NCBI GenBank assembly: GCA_003598025.1
Contig: QZKH01000009.1
Location: 896 to 64,895, forward strand
From: Candidatus Omnitrophota bacterium
Lineage (GTDB): Bacteria; Omnitrophota; Gorgyraeia; Gygaellales; Profunditerraquicolaceae
Length of the DNA stretch: 64,000 nt
Reading direction: 5' to 3'
A model generated the notes under the pieces. That model was not told the DNA's origin. It was given only the letters and a program-made list of their open reading frames with translations, and searched no databases. This document shows, one piece after another, positions 21,475 through 33,672 of the stretch; position 1 is the first letter of the stretch; each line of letters begins with the position of its first letter. A program made the translations under genes and the position numbers.

Positions 21475-23310
21475 TTATTCTACCGTTACAGACTTGGCTA
21501 AATTACGTGGTTGGTCTACATCGCAGCCGCGCTTTGCAGCTATATGATAAGCCAATAATTGTAAAGGTAGTGCTACGGTAAGGGGAGAAAAAAGCTCTTC
21601 TGTTTTCGGAACCAATACCACGTCTTTAGTCATTTTGCCTATCTGATTGTCGCCTGCGCTGGCGATAGCTATTACCTTACCCCGGCGGCTTAAAATTTCC
21701 TGTATATTTGATACCATCTTATCGTAGACTTTAGACGCCGGAGTTATACAGACAACAGCCCTATATTCATCAATCAAGGCAATTGGCCCATGTTTCATTT
21801 CACCGGCAGCATAGCCTTCGGCAGGTATATAAGAAATTTCTTTTAATTTTAACGCGCCTTCAAGCGCAGAAGGGTAATTAAAACTCCGCCCCAAGAACAA
21901 GAATGAACCGAAGTTCGAATTCTTTTTAGCTATGCGCGCAATTTTATCCTGCCTGGATAATATTGCTCTCTGCATCCTGGGTATTTGTCTTAATTTTTCA
22001 ACATGCCTTTCTATCTGCGGCTTACTCAGAGTCCTTCTTTTGTCAGCGATATAAAAAGCCAGCAAGTATAAAATTACTAGCTGCGCAATATATGCTTTTG
22101 TAGAAGCCACGCCTATTTCGGGACCAGCATGGGTATATATTACGCCGTCGGACTCCCTGGTTAATGTAGATCCCAGGACATTGCATATAGATAAAATACT
22201 GGCGCCACGGTTCTTGGCCTCCCTTATACCTGCTAAAGTATCAGCTGTTTCACCGGATTGGCTTATAGCAATAACCAGAGAATCTTTATCAATAAGCAGG
22301 TCCCTGTAGCGGAACTCGCTAGAAACATCCACATTAACAGGTATTGCACATAATGATTCGATTATATATTTACCTACTATTCCGGCATGATATGCGGTTC
22401 CGCAGGCGACAATATTAATATTCTTTATATTTTTAAATTTCTCGGCTGGTATCTTCATCTCTTCAAAAACTATTCCCGAGCCGTGATCGATCCTGGAGTC
22501 AATCAAGTCTTCAACAATATGCGGTTGCTCATTGATCTCCTTAAGCATAAAATGTTTATACCCCTGCTTCTGGGCCTGATCAATACTCCAGTTTATCCTT
22601 ATAACCTTGGCCTGCTTTAGCTTGCCATCCAACCCCTTAATGGCATATTTATCATCCTCTAAAATAACCATCTCATTGTCATTCAAAAATATTATATCCT
22701 TGACCTTATCCAGAATAGCCGGGACGTCAGATGCCAAAAAGTTCTCGTCTTTACCAATGCCGACAACCAGAGGGCTGCCTAATCGCGCCCCGATTATTTT
22801 ACCAGGTTCTTTTTCAGAAATAACCGCTATAGCAAAAGAACCAACTATATTACCAAGCGCTTTCCTTACGGCTTCTTCTAAGGGCATAGATTTATAAAAT
22901 TTTTCAACAAGATGCACGATGGCTTCTGTATCGGTTTCGCTGGAAAAATGATGGCCTTCCTTACATAGCATGGTTCTTAACAAAGCATGATTCTCAATTA
23001 TGCCGTTATGGACAATGGCGATCTTATTACCGCAGTCACTATGGGGATGAGCATTAATCTTTGTGGGTGCGCCATGCGTTGCCCACCTTGTATGGGCTAT
23101 GCCGACCCTTCCTGGCAAAGGATGTTGGCTGATAATATTCTCAAGGTTTTTAATTTTACCTGGGGTTTTTTTAATCCGGATACAGTTGCTGGCAGGAGAG
23201 AGTATCGCTATCCCACTGGAATCATAACCTCTATATTCTAAGCGCTTTAAGCCATTTAGTAATATTGGCTGTGCCTGTTTCTGGCCAACATACCCTATTA
23301 TTCCGCACAT
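21475..23310 (-). CDS. glmS: Glutamine-fructose-6-phosphate transaminase
   Basis: MCGIIG, HTRWATHG, SQSGETAD, PRNLAKSVTVE. Confidence 0.98.
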   Translation of the reverse strand: MCGIIGYVGQKQAQPILLNGLKRLEYRGYDSSGIAILSPASNCIRIKKTPGKIKNLENIISQHPLPGRVGIAHTRWATHGAPTKINAHPHSDCGNKIAIVHNGIIENHALLRTMLCKEGHHFSSETDTEAIVHLVEKFYKSMPLEEAVRKALGNIVGSFAIAVISEKEPGKIIGARLGSPLVVGIGKDENFLASDVPAILDKVKDIIFLNDNEMVILEDDKYAIKGLDGKLKQAKVIRINWSIDQAQKQGYKHFMLKEINEQPHIVEDLIDSRIDHGSGIVFEEMKIPAEKFKNIKNINIVACGTAYHAGIVGKYIIESLCAIPVNVDVSSEFRYRDLLIDKDSLVIAISQSGETADTLAGIREAKNRGASILSICNVLGSTLTRESDGVIYTHAGPEIGVASTKAYIAQLVILYLLAFYIADKRRTLSKPQIERHVEKLRQIPRMQRAILSRQDKIARIAKKNSNFGSFLFLGRSFNYPSALEGALKLKEISYIPAEGYAAGEMKHGPIALIDEYRAVVCITPASKVYDKMVSNIQEILSRRGKVIAIASAGDNQIGKMTKDVVLVPKTEELFSPLTVALPLQLLAYHIAAKRGCDVDQPRNLAKSVTVE

Positions 23311-23390
23311 ATATCACCTGATGTTTTATCGGACCGGTTCTAAGCGTGATAACTTTGGCTTTCACGCCTGGATATTGAAGATTATTTTAG

Positions 23391-23464
23391 TGTCCCCACG
23401 GGGATTTGAACCCCGGCCGAGAGCTTGAAAAGCTCTTGTCCTGACCAGGCTAGACGATGGGGAC
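23391..23464 (-). tRNA. tRNA-Glu(TTC)
   Basis: GTCCCCA acceptor stem, AGAGC-TTTTCAA-GCTCT anticodon arm, GGTTCAAATCC. Confidence 0.95.
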
Positions 23465-23472
23465 AAATTTTG

Positions 23473-25902
23473 TTACTCTTCTTCGTTGATTACGGGAGCA
23501 ATGCAAGAAACCCTGTCTTTATCATGAAGCTTTATGAGCCGTACCCCTTGAGCCGATCTGCCTGTTGAACGGATATCTTTGACTGCACAACGCAAAAACA
23601 TGCCATTTTGAGTAATAGCCATTAGTTCATCATTGTCGTTTACTGTCTTTAGGCTGACGGCCTTGCCGTTCTTGTCTGTTACTTTAATATTGATAATACC
23701 TTTGCCCCCTCGGCTAGTCAAGCGGTATTCTTTAAAAGGGGTGCGCTTGGCAAAGCCTAATTCAGTTACGGTAAGGATTGAGGCTTCTTTATCTACCAAT
23801 ATCATTGCAATCACTTCGTCCTTCTTGTCAAGCTTTATGCCCCTGACCCCTTTTGCTCCCCTGCCCATTTCACGCACATGCGACTCTGCAAACCTTATCG
23901 CCTTTCCTTCTTTTGTGCCGATTAAAATTTCTTGTTTGCCGTTTGTCAGGCCTACGCTTATTAGCTCATCCCCTTTTTCAAGGCTTATACCTATTATGCC
24001 GCCTTTCCTTGGATTACTATAGGCATCGAGGCTCGTCTTCTTTATTGAACCCTGCTTTGTTACCATTATAAGGTAACTGTCCTGCGAAAATTCTTTTATT
24101 GGTATTATCGAGCTTATTTTTTCATCCGATTTAAGCTGCAATAAATTTACCACGGCCTTACCCTTGGCCGTACGGCTAGCCTGGGGGATTTCATAAGCCT
24201 TTAGCCAGTGCACTTGACCCGTATCAGTAAAAATCAAAAGATAGTCTTTAGTAGAAGCCACAAAAAGATGCTCAATAAAGTCTTCTTCTTTTAACTCTGC
24301 CCCGGTTACGCCCTTACCGCCTCTCTTCTGCTTTCGATATGCGCTTACGGGTAGCCTCTTTATGTAGCCATTATGGCTTATAGTTACAACAATATCTTCT
24401 TCAGCTATCAAATCCTCTACCTCAAGCTCTTCAACTTCCCCTACTATATCGGTCCTTCTCTCGTCGCCGTACTGTTTTTTTAACTCTTCTAATTCTGATT
24501 TAATTATATTTTCTATTTTCTTTTCCGACGCTAAAATCGCTTTGCAAGTCTCGATTATTTTAAGCAACTCTGCGTACTCGGCATCTATTTTATCGCGCTC
24601 CAAAGCCGTCAACCTCTGTAGCTGCATCTCTAAAATTGCCTGTGCCTGTATCTCGCTTAATTCAAACTCCTTTACTAAATTAACTTTTGCGATCTGGGTA
24701 TTTTTTGAGGTCTTGATTACTTTAATTATCCTGTCTATGAATTTTAAAGCTATCTTTAATCCCTCTAGGATATGCGCTCTTCTCTGGGCTTTATCTAAGT
24801 CAAATTGGGTACGCCTGCGTATTACTATCTTCCTATGCCCGATATAGCAATCCATCATTTGCCTAAGGTTCAAAACCTTGGGACGGTTATCAACTAACGC
24901 CAGCATTATCACCCCGAATGTAGTCTCAAGTTGGGTATGCTTAAAAAGCTGATTCAATACAATCTGGGGCTCGGTATCCCTCTTTAGCTCTACCACTATA
25001 CGCAAGCCGTCCTTATCGGACTCATCCCTTATATCCGAAATGCCTTCTATCTTTTTGTCATCGACAAGAGAGGCTATGCTTTCTATCATGCCGGCCTTCT
25101 GCACCTGATATGGAATTTCAGTTATAGCTATCAGGTCCTTACCGCCTTTTTGGCGCTCAATATTGGCTTTTGCCCTTAAAGTCAATTTGCCCCTGCCAGT
25201 AGTAAAGGCATCTTTTATACCGGCCCTGCCGCAGATTATGCCCCCGGTAGGAAAATCCGGGCCCTTGACAAACCGCATCAAGTCTTTAATCTCACACCCG
25301 GGATTATCTAATATATGGATTATCGCATCTGCGATCTCGTTTAAATTGTGCGGTGGAATATTAGTCGCCATGCCGACTGCTATACCGCTTGAACCGTTCA
25401 GCAAAAGATTCGGTATTTTTGCCGGCAATACTGAAGGCTCGGAAAGCGAAGAATCAAAATTAGGAACAAAATTGACTGTGTCTTTTTCAATATCAAAAAG
25501 CATCTCTTCGGCTATTTTGGTAAGCCTGGCCTCTGTGTAGCGCATTGCCGCCGCAGCGTCTCCGTCAATAGACCCAAAGTTGCCTTGTCCGTCTACCAAT
25601 GTATAACGGAGAGAAAAATCCTGCGCCATCCTAACGAGCGTATCGTAAACCGCCATATCCCCATGCGGATGATATTTACCTAGGATTTCACCGACGATAC
25701 GGGCGCTTTTTTTGTAAGGCTTATTGTGTTCAAGGCCCAAATCACGCATGGCATAAAGAACCCTCCGGTGTACAGGCTTCAATCCATCCCTGGCATCAGG
25801 CAGAGCCCTGCCTACAATAACGCTCATAGCATAATTTAAATAAGAGTCCTTTACTTCTTCTTCAATATAGATGGGAATTATTTTTTCGTTTCTGGTATAC
25901 AT
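23473..25902 (-). CDS. gyrA: DNA gyrase subunit A
   Basis: [15 protein letters not shown], GyrA-box QKRGGKG. Confidence 0.98.
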   Translation of the reverse strand: MYTRNEKIIPIYIEEEVKDSYLNYAMSVIVGRALPDARDGLKPVHRRVLYAMRDLGLEHNKPYKKSARIVGEILGKYHPHGDMAVYDTLVRMAQDFSLRYTLVDGQGNFGSIDGDAAAAMRYTEARLTKIAEEMLFDIEKDTVNFVPNFDSSLSEPSVLPAKIPNLLLNGSSGIAVGMATNIPPHNLNEIADAIIHILDNPGCEIKDLMRFVKGPDFPTGGIICGRAGIKDAFTTGRGKLTLRAKANIERQKGGKDLIAITEIPYQVQKAGMIESIASLVDDKKIEGISDIRDESDKDGLRIVVELKRDTEPQIVLNQLFKHTQLETTFGVIMLALVDNRPKVLNLRQMMDCYIGHRKIVIRRRTQFDLDKAQRRAHILEGLKIALKFIDRIIKVIKTSKNTQIAKVNLVKEFELSEIQAQAILEMQLQRLTALERDKIDAEYAELLKIIETCKAILASEKKIENIIKSELEELKKQYGDERRTDIVGEVEELEVEDLIAEEDIVVTISHNGYIKRLPVSAYRKQKRGGKGVTGAELKEEDFIEHLFVASTKDYLLIFTDTGQVHWLKAYEIPQASRTAKGKAVVNLLQLKSDEKISSIIPIKEFSQDSYLIMVTKQGSIKKTSLDAYSNPRKGGIIGISLEKGDELISVGLTNGKQEILIGTKEGKAIRFAESHVREMGRGAKGVRGIKLDKKDEVIAMILVDKEASILTVTELGFAKRTPFKEYRLTSRGGKGIINIKVTDKNGKAVSLKTVNDNDELMAITQNGMFLRCAVKDIRSTGRSAQGVRLIKLHDKDRVSCIAPVINEEE

Positions 25903-25903
25903 T

Positions 25904-28387
<2,484 letters not shown>

Positions 28388-28669
28388 TTATTTACCCAAA
28401 AATACTTTAATGTCTTTAAGTCCATCGATATCTTCTTTTAGCCTGCTTAATAGCAAAGGTTTTTTTAAATTAAACTGATACAGCCATGCAGATGAGTCTA
28501 AACCTATGCCTAAAACTCCGGAGCGAAAATAATTACACTTTATATGACTTAATTCCCTTTTTGTCAAAACCTTTTTTAAAATTTTTTCCGTGGCTATACC
28601 ACCGGAACCATGTCCGGCTTTACCTAAGTCGGAAAAAAACTGCTCGATAATATCTTTTATTTTATCCAT
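28388..28669 (-). CDS. DUF721 / DciA family protein
   Basis: SSAWLYQF motif; canonical position before gyrB. Confidence 0.75.
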   Translation of the reverse strand: MDKIKDIIEQFFSDLGKAGHGSGGIATEKILKKVLTKRELSHIKCNYFRSGVLGIGLDSSAWLYQFNLKKPLLLSRLKEDIDGLKDIKVFLGK

Positions 28670-29761
28670 CTAACCTAAACGCATGGGCAAAACAACATAT
28701 GTGTAGCCGTCAACACGGACAACTGCCGGCTTATCCGAATCGGTTACCTCAAGGCAGACCTTTTCATCCTTAAGGTTTTTCAAAACATCGATTAAATAAT
28801 TGGGGTTAAAACCGATTACCAATTCCTTGCCTTTATACTCAATGCGGAGCTCTTCCCTTGATTCTCCGATATCCGGGGTTGTTTTAGAAACGACCAGTTT
28901 ATCTTTAAACATCTCGAATTTAATAGCCTGGTAATCCGGGGTCGACAACAAGGCAGCCCTTTTCACAGCCAAGAGAAACTCTGCCCTCTCTACAAACATT
29001 TTATTTTCGGAAACACCCGGTACTACCTGTTTATAATCAGGGAATTCCCCCTCTATAAGTCGCGAAATAATCACAATATTGCCAAGATCAAAAAGCGCTT
29101 GGTTATTATTAATAATTAAAGATAGCTCTCCTTCATCTTTTAAATTACGGATTAACTCATGAATGGTTTTTATTGGAACAATTGTCCTGATATCTTTATC
29201 GATACTTTGGTTAATTTTCTTATCGATTATTGCCAACCTTTTACCATCGGTTGCAACAAGATTAATATTACCTTTTTCGATTTTAAAAAGTATGCCGTTT
29301 AATATATACCTCGTTTCATCAAAAGAAACAGCAAAAGATGTCAGATTTAACATCTCTTTTAACACTCCCTGATCTATCTTAATCACCTCTTTATCTTTAA
29401 ATTCAGGAAGTTTTGGGAATTCTTCACTCGAAAGCCCGACAATCTTAAACTGACAGGTATCAGTCTCTATTATAACCATATTATTCTTTTTGGTGCTTAT
29501 ACTAATACTATCTGCGGGTAATTCCTTAACAATCTCTCCCAATTTTTTAGCAGGTATAGTAATTAACCCTGGTTCAGAGGTATTCACAGGTAATACACAA
29601 CTTATACCTATATCTAAATCTGTTGCGGTAAGCCTGATACTATCCTGATGTGCTTCAAGTAACACATTCGAGAGTATAGGCAAGGCTGATTTCGAAGAAA
29701 TAACGTTTTGAACTGCCTGAATACCCGAAACCAGCACATCTTTTTTAATTTTAAATTTCAT
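28670..29761 (-). CDS. dnaN: DNA polymerase III beta clamp
   Basis: LPILSNVL, ATDLDI, VATDGKRL, GEFPDY, VLPMR. Confidence 0.98.
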   Translation of the reverse strand: MKFKIKKDVLVSGIQAVQNVISSKSALPILSNVLLEAHQDSIRLTATDLDIGISCVLPVNTSEPGLITIPAKKLGEIVKELPADSISISTKKNNMVIIETDTCQFKIVGLSSEEFPKLPEFKDKEVIKIDQGVLKEMLNLTSFAVSFDETRYILNGILFKIEKGNINLVATDGKRLAIIDKKINQSIDKDIRTIVPIKTIHELIRNLKDEGELSLIINNNQALFDLGNIVIISRLIEGEFPDYKQVVPGVSENKMFVERAEFLLAVKRAALLSTPDYQAIKFEMFKDKLVVSKTTPDIGESREELRIEYKGKELVIGFNPNYLIDVLKNLKDEKVCLEVTDSDKPAVVRVDGYTYVVLPMRLG

Positions 29762-29779
29762 TTTATTCCTCCCTATTAA

Positions 29780-29880
29780 TATATATTTAGAAAAACTTAA
29801 ATAGTATTAGTAATAAAAAGGTTGTGTTTCTGTTGAAAAGTTTATAACTATTTTTATTTTATAGTGTTGTAAATACCAAA
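29780..29880. other. Putative oriC unwinding element (DnaA box, DnaA-trios, AT-rich tract)
   Basis: - strand TTTTCAACA box, then TTATTACTAATACTA (TAG TAT TAG TAA TAA on +, 29802-29816), then an AT-rich stretch in the dnaA-dnaN spacer. Confidence 0.65.
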
Positions 29881-29901
29881 AACATTGCATAAGTTCTTAA
29901 T

Positions 29902-31233
29902 TTACTGTTGAATTATCTGAATGATCCTTTCGATTCTGGCTTTAAGATTTGGGTTTAAGTTAACACCCTCCTTAATTTTATTACATGAATGCAAAACGGT
30001 GGTATGATCCTTGCCACCAAAGAATTCCCCTATTTCAGGAAGCGACAAATCGGTCAATTCTCTGCTTAAATACATGGCAATTTGCCTGGGTAAAACAATG
30101 TTTTTATTTCTTCTTTTGGTTTTTAAGTCAAATATGGACACCCCAAACTCTTCAGATACACAGCGTTGTATAAAGTCTATATTAATATTTTTCTGGGTTT
30201 CCCTACAAAGGTCTTTTAAAACCTCCTTGGTTAAATCAAGGGTAATGGGTTTTTCTTCGAGCAATGAATAAGCTATGGTGCGGATCAGCGCACCCTCTAA
30301 CTCCCTTATATTTGTTTTGACCAGCTGGGCAATAAAAAATATAACCTCATCCGGTACCGCAACAGGCTCCCTTTCAATCTTTTTCTTCAATATTGCTATT
30401 CGTGTTTCCAGGTCAGGAGGCTGCACATCTGTGGTTAGCCCCCAGCTAAAGCGCGAAACAAGGCGGTCCTGGAGGTTAGAAATTTCTTTTGGCGGCCTGT
30501 CAGAAGAAATTATTATTTGTTTATGCGCATCATAAAGAGTGTTAAATGTGTGAAAGAATTCTTCCTGGGTAGATTCCTTGCCGGCAATAAAATGTATATC
30601 ATCGATGACCAGCACATCAACATTACGGTATTTTTGCCTGAAATTATTTGTTGAGTGGTGCTGGATTGAGTCAATAAGCTCATTAGTAAAGCGCTCGGAT
30701 GAAATATAATATATTTTTGAATTCGGGTTCTTTAATTTAATCTGATGGCAGATTGCTTGCATAAGGTGCGTTTTACCGAGGCCGACCCCGCCATAGATAA
30801 ATAAAGGATTATAGGTTTTTGCTGGAGAATCCGCAACAGCTAAAGAGTAAGCGTGCGCATGCCTATTTGATGGGCCTATGACAAAATTATCAAACGTGTA
30901 TCTGGGGTTAAGGTTTAATGAGTCTTTGCCAACCGGTCTCTGAGTAAGGCTTGGTTCCGCTTTGGCTTGCTTAAGCTCAGATTCAGGAGCAACGATTAAT
31001 TCTATGGTGATACTTGAAGCGGCATTATAACTCACAGCCTTTTCAATAACATTTTTATAGTGCCCTTCAACCCAATCTTTAAAAAACCCATCTGGAGCTT
31101 CCAGGGTTGCCTTATTCGGCTCTAGCGACAAAAGCTTGAGCGGCTCGATCCATGCGGAATATATCGAATCCCCTAGCTCGTTGCGAAGAGTTTCCTTGCT
31201 CGATTCCCAGATTTTTCCTGCTGGTTTATGCAT
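29902..31233 (-). CDS. dnaA: Chromosomal replication initiator
   Basis: YNPLFIYGGVGLGKTHL, QEEFFHTFN, RELEGAL, GGKDHTTV. Confidence 0.98.
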   Translation of the reverse strand: MHKPAGKIWESSKETLRNELGDSIYSAWIEPLKLLSLEPNKATLEAPDGFFKDWVEGHYKNVIEKAVSYNAASSITIELIVAPESELKQAKAEPSLTQRPVGKDSLNLNPRYTFDNFVIGPSNRHAHAYSLAVADSPAKTYNPLFIYGGVGLGKTHLMQAICHQIKLKNPNSKIYYISSERFTNELIDSIQHHSTNNFRQKYRNVDVLVIDDIHFIAGKESTQEEFFHTFNTLYDAHKQIIISSDRPPKEISNLQDRLVSRFSWGLTTDVQPPDLETRIAILKKKIEREPVAVPDEVIFFIAQLVKTNIRELEGALIRTIAYSLLEEKPITLDLTKEVLKDLCRETQKNINIDFIQRCVSEEFGVSIFDLKTKRRNKNIVLPRQIAMYLSRELTDLSLPEIGEFFGGKDHTTVLHSCNKIKEGVNLNPNLKARIERIIQIIQQ

Positions 31234-31245
31234 ACTATTAGGGGG

Positions 31246-31296
31246 TTATCTACAGTATCCACAATTTATACACAGCTTTAATAACTCTGTGGAATA
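31246..31296. promoter_or_regulatory. DnaA-box cluster upstream of dnaA (oriC / autoregulation)
   Basis: TTATCTACA, GTATCCACA, TTATACACA and inverted TGTGGAATA; coding strand switches here. Confidence 0.85.
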
Positions 31297-31318
31297 CTAT
31301 TTTTGAAGACCGGTGACT

Positions 31319-31346
31319 ATTATACATAAAAATTTTATGCAGTCAA
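31319..31346 (-). promoter_or_regulatory. dnaA promoter
   Basis: TTGACT-16 bp-TATAAT on - strand. Confidence 0.7.
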
Positions 31347-31410
31347 TATAATTGTTTCAACAAGTTTTTAACATTCAGAAAATTTTTCAGAAAAAACAAA
31401 ACCTACGGCA

Positions 31411-31446
31411 TTGACTTAAGTTAAATTTGTGTTATAATTATCCACC
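31411..31446 (+). promoter_or_regulatory. rpmH promoter with an overlapping DnaA-box-like site
   Basis: TTGACT-16 bp-TATAAT, followed by TTATCCACC. Confidence 0.7.
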
Positions 31447-31497
31447 GTTATAAAAATTTATTATTTAACAACAACAATTATAACCGGAGAATACCGC

Positions 31498-31635
31498 ATG
31501 AAAAAAAATATTAAAACACCGACGAGGAGAATTGGAAAAAGGAGGCATGGGTTTTTGAGTCGCATGAGAACAGCTTCCGGCAGGGCAGTTATAACGAGAA
31601 GAAGGCTGAAAGGAAGAAAAGCATTAAGCAAGTGA
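31498..31635 (+). CDS. rpmH: 50S ribosomal protein L34
   Basis: Not in ORF track; [45 protein letters not shown]; divergent from dnaA. Confidence 0.93.
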   Translation: MKKNIKTPTRRIGKRRHGFLSRMRTASGRAVITRRRLKGRKALSK

Positions 31636-31850
31636 AAACCCGAATATTTTTTGTCAATTTAATTGAAGCTTACCAAAAATACGCTAGTCATAGCATGCCT
31701 AAAAGCTGCAGGTTTATACCCAGCTGTTCCGAATATACTAAGCAGGCACTTTTAAAGTATGGCTGTATTAAAGGATGGTTTTTGGGATTCAAAAGGTTAT
31801 TGCGCTGCCATCCATTTTCTGGCCAGCATGGCTATGACCCGGTAAAATAA
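31632..31850 (+). CDS. yidD: Membrane protein insertion efficiency factor
   Basis: [23 protein letters not shown]. Confidence 0.95.
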   Translation: MKTRIFFVNLIEAYQKYASHSMPKSCRFIPSCSEYTKQALLKYGCIKGWFLGFKRLLRCHPFSGQHGYDPVK

Positions 31851-31865
31851 AGAATCGGAGAAAAT

Positions 31866-33389
31866 ATGCAAAAAAGAATTATCTTAGCTTTTTCCCTGTC
31901 AATGCTAATCATGATAACCTGGTCTGCGCTAGTATCTAAACCGCAACCAATTGTAAATAAAGAAGTTGCGCTTAGTGAAGTTACTTTGCCAAAGCAAGAA
32001 GTTTTAAATAATATTGCTGAAGCAAAGCCTTCTCTGGCTGAGAAGACCGGCAGAGATATTGAGGTTATTGCGGACCAATGGGGAAAAATAATTTTCTCTG
32101 AGAATGAAGCAGCGATCTCTGATGTATCTTTTAAAAATTACAACTACCAGAATTTGCTGCTAAATGAAGGCCTATCTTTAAAAGGTAGTAATAAATTTGT
32201 TTTGCTTGAAAATACTCCTAAAAGCATTAAATTTGTCCAATCTGATAAAGATAAAAAGATTATTAAAGATTTTATTTTTTGTAAGCCTAAGTATTGTATA
32301 GAGTTATATATTTCTATCACTAACAATTCAAATACTGATCTTAAGTTTGCCTTTCCTTTGGTATTAGGTGTTATTAAAGATTCTAAAGACCAGCTTCTTG
32401 GAAGATATGAAGATGTAACTGTCGCTGTTGCGAATAAATTTACTCATGTCAATCTTAAAAATGATAAGGATTTTTCTAATGTAAAATATTTATCTTATAG
32501 GGATAGGTATTTTTCTTTAATAGTAGAGCCCGTAGAAGGAAACTATTCTGGCTATATACGCCGGTTTAACGGAATAAAGGGATCGGAGATTGGATTGATC
32601 TCAGGCGATTATTTGATAAAACCAGGGCAAACCCATATAGAAAAATTCGCTATCTATTTGGGACCTCAAGATTTAAGTCACATTAACAATGTCAGTACCA
32701 GCTGGGGTAATATTGTAAATTATGGTACTTTTGATTTTTTTGGGCAGATAATTTTTCAATCAATGGAAATGATATTTAAAATCGTTCATAATTGGGGAGT
32801 GGTTATAATCATTCTAGGGGTTTTTATTTATTTGCTGTTTTATCCGCTTACAAATAAACAGATGCGTTCTATGAAAGCCATGCAAGCTTTACAGCCCAAA
32901 GTCGAGGAATTAAGGGCCAGGTTGAAAGATAACCCCCAGAAACTTAATAAGGAGATAATGGCTCTATATCGTGAGAATAAAGTCAATCCTTTAAGCGGAT
33001 GCTTGCCGATATTATTGCAGATACCGATATTTTTTGCATTATATCAAGTCTTAATGAGGTCTGTCGCTTTGAAGGGAGCAGAATTTTTGTGGATTAAAGA
33101 CCTTGCTGAGCCGGACAGGCTATTTATACTACCCAAAAACATCCCTTTATTAGGCAATGAGATCAATTTATTGCCGATATTGATGGCTATCGGTATGTTT
33201 ATGCAAAACAAATTGTCTATGTCGTCGTCAAGCGGCGCTAGTGCGGAACAGCAAAAACTTATGATGTTTATGTTACCGATAGTATTTGGATTTCTTTTTT
33301 ATCATATGCCTTCAGGCCTAGTGCTGTATTGGTTTGTAAATAGCTTATTGATGCTAGTAAATCAAATCAAATTAAACTTGGCTAAATAG
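31866..33389 (+). CDS. yidC: Membrane protein insertase
   Basis: NWGVVII, GCLPILLQIPIFFALY, FLWIKDL, PSGLVLYW. Confidence 0.96.
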   Translation: MQKRIILAFSLSMLIMITWSALVSKPQPIVNKEVALSEVTLPKQEVLNNIAEAKPSLAEKTGRDIEVIADQWGKIIFSENEAAISDVSFKNYNYQNLLLNEGLSLKGSNKFVLLENTPKSIKFVQSDKDKKIIKDFIFCKPKYCIELYISITNNSNTDLKFAFPLVLGVIKDSKDQLLGRYEDVTVAVANKFTHVNLKNDKDFSNVKYLSYRDRYFSLIVEPVEGNYSGYIRRFNGIKGSEIGLISGDYLIKPGQTHIEKFAIYLGPQDLSHINNVSTSWGNIVNYGTFDFFGQIIFQSMEMIFKIVHNWGVVIIILGVFIYLLFYPLTNKQMRSMKAMQALQPKVEELRARLKDNPQKLNKEIMALYRENKVNPLSGCLPILLQIPIFFALYQVLMRSVALKGAEFLWIKDLAEPDRLFILPKNIPLLGNEINLLPILMAIGMFMQNKLSMSSSSGASAEQQKLMMFMLPIVFGFLFYHMPSGLVLYWFVNSLLMLVNQIKLNLAK

Positions 33390-33400
33390 TATTAAATAAT

Positions 33401-33580
33401 ATGAAGAAAAATAGCATTGAAATAGAAGGAAACAGTGTAGAACAGGCCATAAAAAAAGCGCTTAAGGAATTACAGCTGCCTCGAGATAAAGTTAAAATTA
33501 AGGTGCTTTCTGAAGAAAAGAAGGGGCTATTTGGCATGCCTGGTGCTAAGCCTGCTAAGGTGCGGGTAACGCCAATTTAG
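33401..33580 (+). CDS. Stand-alone Jag N-terminal domain protein (59 aa)
   Basis: Not in ORF track; MKKNSIEIEGNSVEQAIKKALKELQLPRDKVKIKVLSEEKKGLFGMPGAKPAKVRVTPI; canonical jag position after yidC. Confidence 0.85.
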   Translation: MKKNSIEIEGNSVEQAIKKALKELQLPRDKVKIKVLSEEKKGLFGMPGAKPAKVRVTPI

Positions 33581-33600
33581 GGCCTAAGCCAAGAAATTGA

Positions 33601-33629
33601 TTGACAAACTAAGAAAATGGGTTTATCGT
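33601..33629 (+). promoter_or_regulatory. Putative parAB promoter
   Basis: TTGACA-17 bp-TATCGT. Confidence 0.6.
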
Positions 33630-33651
33630 ATTAATTGTTAATTAAACATAA

Positions 33652-33667
33652 AGTTCCACGCGGAACA
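33652..33667. promoter_or_regulatory. parS centromere site
   Basis: AGTTCCACGCGGAACA versus consensus TGTTNCACGTGAAACA; 5 bp before the parA ATG. Confidence 0.8.
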
Positions 33668-33672
33668 TTAAA

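Noticed and set aside
23311-23390. glmS ribozyme
   Set aside because: The 80-bp spacer lacks the AGCGCC...GACGAGG core and is too short.
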